NCBI GenBank assembly: GCA_949298955.1
Contig: CASFYQ010000006.1
Span: 111,473 to 175,472 of the forward strand
Reading direction: 5' to 3'
Source: an uncultured Bacteroidales bacterium
GTDB taxonomy: Bacteria; Bacteroidota; Bacteroidia; Bacteroidales; Barnesiellaceae
Length of the DNA stretch: 64,000 nt
A model generated the notes under the pieces. That model saw nothing but the letters and a program-made list of their open reading frames with translations, did not search any database and was not told the origin of the DNA. The translations under genes and the position numbers were made by a program. Positions 56,740-64,000 of this stretch are shown here, piece after piece (the first letter of the stretch is position 1; the number at the start of each line of letters is the position of its first letter).

Positions 56740-56905
56740 CCCGGTAGGGGGCGCTTTGGTATGATAAACGATTCGGCGGAAGAGGGGCTTGGACCGCTCC
56801 TTTCCCGCCGAATATGGTTTTGGAGAAGGGGAATCTTTGGAGAATCTTTGACAGCGACTGAACGATACCTGCACGAGGCTCGTGTCTGCGGCAGCCTTTC
56901 TGTCG

Positions 56906-57493
56906 TTATCGGTTGTCGGGTTTGCCGTTGTCGTCGATTATCCGAATTACTCGAGCCGGCACGCCGCCAACTACCGTGTTGGGTGCGACATCTTTCGTCA
57001 CTACGGCACCCGCGGCCACCACGGCATTGTCGCCAATGGTGACTCCTTGCAGAATGGTTGCGTTGGCTCCCACCCATACATTGCGTCCCAAGATAATGGG
57101 AGCAGGACAAGTGGTTTTGCGCTCTTGCGGAGCAAGGTTGTGGTTGAGGGTGGCAAAGACTACGCCGTGTCCTATCTGACAGCCGTCGCCGAGAGTAACG
57201 CCGCCGTGGTCTTGAAAGTGGCAGCAGGCGTTGATGAAAACCTCGTTGCCTAAGTGGAGGTTTTTCCCGAAATCGGCATACAGGGGCGGGAATACCCGCA
57301 CCGTCGCCGGTACGGGGCGGCCCGTGAGTTGGGCGAGCAGGTCGCGTATCTCGTCTTGCGTGTGATAAACATTGTTCAACTGGCAGGTGATGCGGCGAGC
57401 CTCGTCGCTCATCTCGTCCATAAACCGTCCTATTTCGGGGCCACAGAGCGGTTTGCGGGCAGCGGCATGTTGTAAAAAGTCATCGAGAGTCAT
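56906..57493 (-). CDS. Sugar O-acetyltransferase (Maa/LacA hexapeptide-repeat family)
   Basis: Mac N-terminal domain plus left-handed beta-helix hexapeptides (VWVGANATILQGVTIGDNAVVAAGAVVTKDV). Confidence 0.9.
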   Translation of the reverse strand: MTLDDFLQHAAARKPLCGPEIGRFMDEMSDEARRITCQLNNVYHTQDEIRDLLAQLTGRPVPATVRVFPPLYADFGKNLHLGNEVFINACCHFQDHGGVTLGDGCQIGHGVVFATLNHNLAPQERKTTCPAPIILGRNVWVGANATILQGVTIGDNAVVAAGAVVTKDVAPNTVVGGVPARVIRIIDDNGKPDNR

Positions 57494-57504
57494 ATCTCGT
57501 AGGT

Positions 57505-58518
57505 TTATTTCAGATAGTTACGGAAGAATGCTTCGATTTTATCGAAGGGAATAATGTCGGTTCGGTCGTACAGGTCGACATGCGAAGCCCCGGGAATAAT
57601 CATCAACTTCTTGTTGTCACCGGTGAGGCGTTTGAAAGCATCTCGACTGAAATAGAGCGAGTGCGCCTTTTCGCCGTGAATCATGAGCACGGCGCTGCGT
57701 ATCTCGTCGCTGTAAGCGAGCATGGGTGTGTTGATGAACGAGAGAGCCGAGGTGACATTCCAGCCGCTGTTGGAATTGAGCGAGCGTTTGTGGTATCCGC
57801 GAGGAGTCTTGTAGTAGGCATGATAGTCTTTGACAAATTGCGGAGCATCGTCGGGCAGCGGGTCGACTACGCCACCGGCCAAAGCATAGGAGCCGTTGCG
57901 TGCGTCGGCCGTGCGTTGGGCGTTGAGTTGTTGGCGCAGGGCATAACGCCGGTCGGCATCCATCGAGTCGAAATAGCCGTTGGCATTGACCCGGCTCATG
58001 TCATACATGGTCGAGGTAACCGTAGCCTTGATGCGGGTGTCGATAGCTGCTGCATTGAGCGCCAGACCGCCCCAGCCGCAAATGCCCAGGATACCGATGT
58101 GCTCGGGATCGGCCTTGTCGCAGGTCGACAGAAAGTCGACCGCTGCGCAAAAGTCTTCGGTATTGATGTCGGGCGATGCTACATAACGCGGTTCGCCGCT
58201 GCTCTCGCCCGTGTAGGAGGGGTCGAATGCTATCGTGAGGAATCCGCGCTCGGCCAAAGTTTGGGCATAAAGCCCCGATGCCTGTTCCTTTACGGCTCCG
58301 AAGGGACCCGATATGGCGATGGCCGGCAATCGGCCTTCGGCGTTTTTGGGGACATACATATCGGCAGCCAGTGTGATGCCGAACCGATTTTTGAATTGTA
58401 CGCGTTCTACTTTCACCCGGTCGCTCGGGGCAAAAGTCTTTTCGTTTTCTTGTGCTTGAATCATATTCATTGCAAACAGGGTTAAAAACAGGGTGAGAAT
58501 TGTGATTTTCGTATTCAT
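57505..58518 (-). CDS. Secreted alpha/beta hydrolase
   Basis: Signal peptide MNTKITILTLFLTLFAMNMIQAQ. Nucleophile-elbow-like GICGWGG. C-terminal HVDLYD. Confidence 0.85.
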   Translation of the reverse strand: MNTKITILTLFLTLFAMNMIQAQENEKTFAPSDRVKVERVQFKNRFGITLAADMYVPKNAEGRLPAIAISGPFGAVKEQASGLYAQTLAERGFLTIAFDPSYTGESSGEPRYVASPDINTEDFCAAVDFLSTCDKADPEHIGILGICGWGGLALNAAAIDTRIKATVTSTMYDMSRVNANGYFDSMDADRRYALRQQLNAQRTADARNGSYALAGGVVDPLPDDAPQFVKDYHAYYKTPRGYHKRSLNSNSGWNVTSALSFINTPMLAYSDEIRSAVLMIHGEKAHSLYFSRDAFKRLTGDNKKLMIIPGASHVDLYDRTDIIPFDKIEAFFRNYLK

Positions 58519-58741
58519 AGCTTTTCTATTTCGAGGGTCGTTTTCGAGCCTCATTTCTCTGCTACAAAAATAGATGGTGTTTCTCCTTCGACTTGTATAT
58601 AAATTACAGGATTTTATACCATAATCGTTGTTCTTCGAATACGCGCATGTTCACCTCGCCCGGTTTCCCGGCATAACGTCGTGTTTTGTTATACCGAGTA
58701 AACAGAGCATACCCTGTTTTTCTCCGTTCCCGTTTTCCGGT

Positions 58742-59425
58742 TCAGTCGAAAATAACCCCAGGATTCATCTCGGCGGGCGACCGCCAGCGTATACCGTAGT
58801 CTCGGAAGAGAATGCGTTGAAGCGTGGGCCAGTAGGAGAAGCAGAATCCCATGCCGCGCGGTTCGTTGGCCAGTTCGGCATGAGCTTTCTCTTCGGCCCG
58901 GGCGATAGCCTCTTCATACTCGGCCGTCCATTCGATGGGGTCTTTGCGCAAGTGTCCGTCGTTCTCGATGTCGTCGAATCGTTTTTGGTCGGCAGCCATT
59001 ATGTTGAGCGAATAGCGGGTTATCTCGGCATTGAGGGGGTCGATACCCATTTCCAGGTTCTCGGCCTGTTCATCATTCAGCTCGATGATGGCATCACGTT
59101 CGAGCTCCATCAGCCGCAGGCTGAGGCGCGGGTGGTTGTAGAGGGCGGCTCGGGCTCGGTGGCATACGTTGGCGGCTATTACACGCCTCTCTTCACATTC
59201 GATAAGCGCCGGTATATACTTGGCGATTTCCCGGCATAAAGCTGCATTTTTCCAGGCGGGACCGAAATCGATCATATATTCTTCGCACAGCAGTGCGTTG
59301 GCACAAACCAATTCGCAGATGGCATCGGCGTTACCTGCATCTTTTTTGAGTATATCGATCTGTTGACGCCGTATCTCTTCCAAATCGGCCGTGGTGTATA
59401 TCTTGCCGTCTATTTCTTGAGCCAT
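58742..59425 (-). CDS. Hypothetical cytoplasmic protein (227 aa), last gene of a three-gene operon
   Basis: No signal peptide. Helical, Cys-rich N-half. C-terminal motif GMGFCFSYWPTLQRILFRDYGIRWRSPAEMNPGVIFD. Confidence 0.7.
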   Translation of the reverse strand: MAQEIDGKIYTTADLEEIRRQQIDILKKDAGNADAICELVCANALLCEEYMIDFGPAWKNAALCREIAKYIPALIECEERRVIAANVCHRARAALYNHPRLSLRLMELERDAIIELNDEQAENLEMGIDPLNAEITRYSLNIMAADQKRFDDIENDGHLRKDPIEWTAEYEEAIARAEEKAHAELANEPRGMGFCFSYWPTLQRILFRDYGIRWRSPAEMNPGVIFD

Positions 59426-59457
59426 AATAATGTGTAATTAAATTGTTTAAGTTGTTG

Positions 59458-60744
59458 TTATGCTTTGTAGTCGTATTGTCGGGCAATCTCCTCATAGCTT
59501 GCGATGAGTTGGGGATCGGCCCGGTCGCATTTGAGCATCTCCAAGTAGGCTATTATGGAAGGACGATGCCCTTTATTGGCAGCCAAGCAGTATTGTTTGA
59601 GAGCCGTTTGGTGCATTTGACCGGCCCGTTCGAGGTCGCCTTCCTCACGGACAATGCCTGTGGCTATGTCGCAAATCCGTCCCATGTAATAACGGCACCA
59701 AAGCGAATCGGCATCGAGTCCTTGCTGCATGAAATCCATGATAACCTTGTCCTCGAAAAAGGACATGCCCTGTTTGATGAAATAGTGCATCAATACAAGC
59801 CCGAGAATGTTGTAACAACCTTCCTCCTCGGAGTGCTCGTCGTAGTATTTCGAGAGTATGTCGATATATTGGGTCGTTTGGTTGTTTTTGTCATCGTTCT
59901 CCGTATCGTCAAGCCAGTCGTTGAGCAACCTTTGCCCTTTGAGGAGCAGCCCTTCCCAGGTATTATCGGCAATCATTTGTTCGAGCAGTTCGTCGGCCGT
60001 CTTTTCGTTGTGCCGGAATCCATAGCGGGCCATAGCGTCGAAGATACCCATGTCGGCACCATTCTCGCGAGCAATCACGGCATAGCGGCCGGCCAAGGCA
60101 ATATCGCCCATATAGGTGGCCGCGTGGACAATCGAGTCGAGAATGGCCATCAAAAGCTTTTCTGTGCGGTGTTCCAGTGCGAGCATTTGGTCGGCGGCCC
60201 ATTGCAGATAGCGTAAGGCATAGGCCATATTCACATGGCTGTACATTGGCAGCATGAACATCTTGCCTATATTGTAGGCGGCAAGTGCCCGGTATTCGGG
60301 CCAAATTTTCTCGTTGTCGATGACCGACTGATACAGCTGTGTGGCATAGGTGAGATACTCGCTGCCTGTTACTCCTCGCTCATGCAGGAATGTCCAGTGG
60401 TCGGGGTCGGTAAACCAGTCGGCTGCCTTCAAGGCCGATTTGTAGTCGCCGGATTCACCTTCCTTTTTCCACTCCAAAACGGTGCGATATTCTTTTTCGG
60501 AATCGGGGGGTGTTGGGTCGCCAAATTCGTCTAATGCGGCTTTGCACTTGTTGTATTGAGTGCGTGCGGCATAGATGAGGTCGGTGAAATCCTCGTCGAT
60601 GTCACGCAGTTTCTGCAACTCGAGATAATAATCCCACGCTTGTCGAGCCCAAATGAGAGCCTTGGCATATTGCCCCTCTTGATAAAGGGCGCCGCTGGTG
60701 TCCAGCGATTCCAAGGCATTTTTTTTCAGTTCGATTTTGTCCAT
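59458..60744 (-). CDS. Sel1/TPR-like helical-repeat protein (428 aa)
   Basis: Repeated A-x-x-Y/L...A...G helical-hairpin patterns (AAYNIGKMF, ALRYLQWAADQ, KQYCLAANKGHRPSIIAYLEML). No signal peptide. Confidence 0.7.
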   Translation of the reverse strand: MDKIELKKNALESLDTSGALYQEGQYAKALIWARQAWDYYLELQKLRDIDEDFTDLIYAARTQYNKCKAALDEFGDPTPPDSEKEYRTVLEWKKEGESGDYKSALKAADWFTDPDHWTFLHERGVTGSEYLTYATQLYQSVIDNEKIWPEYRALAAYNIGKMFMLPMYSHVNMAYALRYLQWAADQMLALEHRTEKLLMAILDSIVHAATYMGDIALAGRYAVIARENGADMGIFDAMARYGFRHNEKTADELLEQMIADNTWEGLLLKGQRLLNDWLDDTENDDKNNQTTQYIDILSKYYDEHSEEEGCYNILGLVLMHYFIKQGMSFFEDKVIMDFMQQGLDADSLWCRYYMGRICDIATGIVREEGDLERAGQMHQTALKQYCLAANKGHRPSIIAYLEMLKCDRADPQLIASYEEIARQYDYKA

Positions 60745-60751
60745 GGTATTT

Positions 60752-61942
60752 TTATTTTTTTTGTTTGGATAAGAGCGCGCGTTGTAGTCCGCCGTATTTC
60801 GACAGATTGGGGATAGCCACGGTGAATCCCATTTGCTTGAAATTGTCGAGGCTGTGTGTATTGTCGGGGGCCACGGTAGCCAGTATATACTCTGTCTCTT
60901 CGTTGCAGGCCCGGTCTATGACGGTTGCAACGAGCGTTTGTTGAAGTTTGTTGCCCCGGTAGGAGGGGTGTACCATCACCATGTCGAGCGTAGCGCATTT
61001 GCGCCAGTTGAGTCGGCCGTCCGAAGCCAGGTTTCGCGTCCCTTTGCGATTGGCGACCAGCAGGGTAAAGGCTACGAGCTCGTTTTGGCTGTTGAATACA
61101 CCTATCAGGGAGTCGAGATGCAGCGATTCGATAAGCTCGTTGCGGGTGAGCGGGGCAAGCTGCGAGGGGTCGGGCATGGCCTGGTAGACCACCTCTTGCA
61201 GATTCAGGATTGCCGTCAAATCGTGGAACCCCAATTCTCTGGTTTTTAAAACCTCGCCGCTGCGGGTTGTCACATCGGGATAGTGTGTCAGTTCAGGCTC
61301 TTTATCGAAGATGTAAAGTTTCCTGTCGAGGTATTCGTCTGAAAAACAGAATTTCCCGTTGGGAATATGGTTTAGCCCTTTGTTCTTTCGGCGATAGTCG
61401 ATCCAAATATCATACAACACGAAAATCTGCCGGTAGGACGATGAGGTGGGCAAAATGTAATTTTCCTGAATGTAGGGGTTATTGATAAAGATGAAGAAAC
61501 GGTATCCGAACAAATCGTCGATGTCCGAAATCTTGGCAATGCGGTTGTTGATGAGCAAGTATAGGTTTTCAAAAAATGTACAGTAGGCGGCAATATCGTT
61601 TTCGTTCGTATCGTTTTCGAGCCTCTTGTCGGCAAATTTGCTCATGTAGCTGCGTTCGAGCAAGCCGTATACTTTCATCAGGGTACTGTTTTCGTGGAAA
61701 TAGTTGTTGAGGTTGATGAGAGTCTCGCAGCAAGTTACTACTTGGGAGTTTTGCAGCTCGACCGCAATGAAGATGGCTCCCACAATCGTACCTACGAGAG
61801 AGAACACATCGACTATTTTGTCTTCGCCGAACGGTTTGGTAACAAATATATAGATGCAAATCACGATGAGGCATATCACAAACAGGAGCAAGAACACCCG
61901 GTTGCTCATGTTGCGGAGGCGGTTTAACGTAACTTTTCGCAT
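60752..61942 (-). CDS. Membrane-anchored fusion: 2-TM N-terminus + helical domain (possibly DUF4760-like) + C-terminal GNAT acetyltransferase
   Basis: TM1 VFLLLFVICLIVICIYIFV and TM2 VFSLVGTIVGAIFIAV. The C-terminal ~165 aa carry a GNAT motif-A-like VHPSYRGNKLQQTL and a beta-strand pattern. Confidence 0.75.
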   Translation of the reverse strand: MRKVTLNRLRNMSNRVFLLLFVICLIVICIYIFVTKPFGEDKIVDVFSLVGTIVGAIFIAVELQNSQVVTCCETLINLNNYFHENSTLMKVYGLLERSYMSKFADKRLENDTNENDIAAYCTFFENLYLLINNRIAKISDIDDLFGYRFFIFINNPYIQENYILPTSSSYRQIFVLYDIWIDYRRKNKGLNHIPNGKFCFSDEYLDRKLYIFDKEPELTHYPDVTTRSGEVLKTRELGFHDLTAILNLQEVVYQAMPDPSQLAPLTRNELIESLHLDSLIGVFNSQNELVAFTLLVANRKGTRNLASDGRLNWRKCATLDMVMVHPSYRGNKLQQTLVATVIDRACNEETEYILATVAPDNTHSLDNFKQMGFTVAIPNLSKYGGLQRALLSKQKK

Positions 61943-62167
61943 AATCTACCCTTTGTTTATATGAGTAAAGAAAAAGGATTGCGTTGATATCGATATTAAA
62001 TTTGTCGTGTAAATCTAAATGTTTGCATTCACACCGCTTAAAAATACGAAATATTATTGTGTGATAAACAATTTTTGTGAAGAATTTGCATGATAACCGG
62101 AAAAATAGAAGAATAGGGCGATGGCTTGGAGTCGCAAAGCTGCTCCGGTTGCGGTGGACGGTAGGGT

Positions 62168-62204
62168 GAAAAAACGCCCGGTGGAGTTTTTCTCACCGGG
62201 CGTT
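62168..62204 (-). terminator. Rho-independent terminator of pgk
   Basis: AACGCCCGGTG / CACCGGGCGTT stem. The minus strand then reads TTTTTTC. Confidence 0.75.
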
Positions 62205-62230
62205 TATATGCGGTTTTATATATACCGGCA

Positions 62231-63493
62231 TTAGCCTTGAATAGCTGCGATACCGGGCAATACTTTACCTTCGATAGCTTCGAGCAGGGCACCGCCACCG
62301 GTCGAAACGTAAGATACTTGATCGGCCAGACCGAACTTGTTGACACAAGCCACCGAGTCGCCACCGCCTACGAGCGAGAAAGCTCCGTTCTTGGTAGCCT
62401 CTACGATAGCTTCGGCAACAGCGCGCGAACCCGAGGTGAAATTGTCAAATTCGAATACGCCCGTCGGGCCGTTCCACAAGATAGTTTTCGATTTTTTGAT
62501 GACATCGGCGAAGAGAGCCTCCGATTTGGGACCGATGTCCATGCCTTCCCAACCGTCGGGAATTTTGTCTACGTCGCAGAAATCGGTGTGAGCGTCGTTC
62601 GAGAAATCGTCGGCGATTTTGGCATCGACAGCCAGCACGAGATTTACGTGGTTGGCTTTGGCTTTTTCAATCAGTTCGAGAGCCAGGTCGAGTTTGTCGT
62701 CTTCGCAAATCGATTTACCGATTTGGCCGCCCAGAGCTTTGGTGAACGTGTAGGTCATACCGCCGGCGATGATGAGGTTATCGACTTTGGTCAACAGGTT
62801 TTCGATGATGTCGATTTTCGACGAAACTTTCGAACCGCCCATGATAGCCGTGAAGGGGCGTACCATCTCTTTCATCACTTTGTTTACGGCAGCCACTTCT
62901 TTGCCCATGAGGTAACCGAACATTTTGTTTTCGGGGGTAAAGTATTCGGCCATCAGAGCCGTAGAGGCGTGAGCGCGGTGAGCTGTACCGAAAGCGTCGT
63001 TTACATAAGCGTCGGCCAGGCTGGCAAGTTCTTTGGTAAATTCTTTCTGGCTGGCTTTAACGGCTTTCTTGGCCGCAGCTTTTTCTTCGTCGCTGGCATC
63101 TTCGGCCAAGCCTCTGGGTTTGCCTTCTTCTTCGGCGTGGAAACGAAGGTTTTCGAGCAGCAGCACTTCTCCCGGTTTCAGGGCAGCGGCAGCGGCTTTT
63201 ACTTTTTCGCCTACACAGTTATCGACAAATTTTACTTCGGTGCCCAGCAGCTCGCTCAGGTGAGCTACGATGTGACGCAGCGAGAATTTATCTTCGGGTC
63301 CTTTTTTGGGGCGTCCCAGGTGCGAGCCGATGATGAGACTGCCGCCATCGGCCAGAATCTTTTTCAACGTAGGCAATGCCTTTACCATACGAGTGTCGTC
63401 GGTGATGTTAAAGTTCTCGTCGAGGGGAACATTAAAATCTACGCGTACAAATGCCTTTTTACCGGCAAAATTGTAATTGTCAATAGTTTGCAT
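62231..63493 (-). CDS. pgk: Phosphoglycerate kinase
   Basis: Full-length PGK similarity ([16 protein letters not shown]-type, GGGDS). Confidence 0.96.
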   Translation of the reverse strand: MQTIDNYNFAGKKAFVRVDFNVPLDENFNITDDTRMVKALPTLKKILADGGSLIIGSHLGRPKKGPEDKFSLRHIVAHLSELLGTEVKFVDNCVGEKVKAAAAALKPGEVLLLENLRFHAEEEGKPRGLAEDASDEEKAAAKKAVKASQKEFTKELASLADAYVNDAFGTAHRAHASTALMAEYFTPENKMFGYLMGKEVAAVNKVMKEMVRPFTAIMGGSKVSSKIDIIENLLTKVDNLIIAGGMTYTFTKALGGQIGKSICEDDKLDLALELIEKAKANHVNLVLAVDAKIADDFSNDAHTDFCDVDKIPDGWEGMDIGPKSEALFADVIKKSKTILWNGPTGVFEFDNFTSGSRAVAEAIVEATKNGAFSLVGGGDSVACVNKFGLADQVSYVSTGGGALLEAIEGKVLPGIAAIQG

Positions 63494-63588
63494 ATTGGTT
63501 AATATTTAGTATGTAACTCGTTTCCGTTTGGCAAATTTAGCTAAAAAACGATTATCTTTTTACTATTAAATGCTATTTTCTTTAAAAA

Positions 63589-64000
63589 TCAGAGTAATCC
63601 TTTGCTGTGCAGCAGATGTTCCATCTCGTATTGTACTTTCAACGCCTCTTCGCGGGCGGCTTGGGCGAATGTTTCATCGGATGCGGCATAGATGATTTTG
63701 CGCGAAGAGTTAACAAGCAAACCGCATTCGCTGTTCATGCCGTAGGTGGCTACCTCTTCGAGGCTTCCTCCTTGGGCGCCAACGCCGGGAACCAGCAGGA
63801 AATTGTGGGGGGCGATGCGACGCACGTCTTCAAACAGTTTGCCTTGGGTGGCGCCTACGACAAACATCAGTTGTTCGTCGGTGGCCCAGGTTTGGGCGGT
63901 GCGCAAGACTTTCTCGAAAAGGCGTTCGCCGTCGGCATCGGTTGTCAACTGGAAATCGTGCGAGCCTTTGTTGGAGGTAAGTCCGAGCAGAATGACCCAT
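63589..64000 (-). CDS. pyrF: Orotidine-5'-phosphate decarboxylase (long/type 2), 3' part; the gene continues beyond the window
   Basis: ...[10 protein letters not shown]... motif. The frame stays open to nt 64000 upstream of the ORF-track Met. Confidence 0.88.
   Translation of the reverse strand, partial: WVILLGLTSNKGSHDFQLTTDADGERLFEKVLRTAQTWATDEQLMFVVGATQGKLFEDVRRIAPHNFLLVPGVGAQGGSLEEVATYGMNSECGLLVNSSRKIIYAASDETFAQAAREEALKVQYEMEHLLHSKGLL

Overview
This 64-kb chromosomal window reads as a Bacteroidales (Bacteroidota) genome. Evidence: Bacteroides-type TAnnTTTG -7 promoter boxes ahead of many genes, a T9SS C-terminal sorting-domain cargo protein, an RprX/RprY-like two-component pair, the rpmB-rpmG-DUF4295 trio, TamB, and a trxB-lolA-ftsK block. 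About 85% of the window is ordinary housekeeping sequence. It includes NAD genes (nadC, nadE), a complete rimO-menFDBCE menaquinone operon, tsaD, cinA, ftsY, bioB, hemW, rlmH, mgsA, pgk and pyrF, an ABC-F ATPase, an EF-G paralog, a GH3 glycosidase, four tRNAs and a probable SRP RNA. Four regions deserve attention. (1) An accessory island at about 17.1-22.7 kb holds at least 11 copies of one strand-asymmetric, mostly GNRA-looped hairpin repeat. The copies sit in two opposed tandem arrays plus a pair of roughly 290-340 bp direct repeats. These bracket an AT-richer two-gene cassette (a secreted MORN-repeat protein and an orphan PD-(D/E)XK nuclease-like protein). I could not match this repeat family to anything I know, and it is my best candidate for something undescribed. 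(2) At 0.1-2.3 kb there is a compact sigma-54 circuit: an enhancer-binding response regulator, a palindrome/direct-repeat UAS candidate, a -24/-12 promoter, and a secreted peptide built of three near-identical 29-aa modules. (3) At 58.7-61.9 kb there is a tight three-gene operon of unknowns: a membrane-anchored GNAT fusion, a Sel1/TPR-like protein and a 227-aa protein. (4) The EF-G paralog has non-canonical GTPase motifs. All calls come from manual reading of the sequence and ORF translations; no searches were run.
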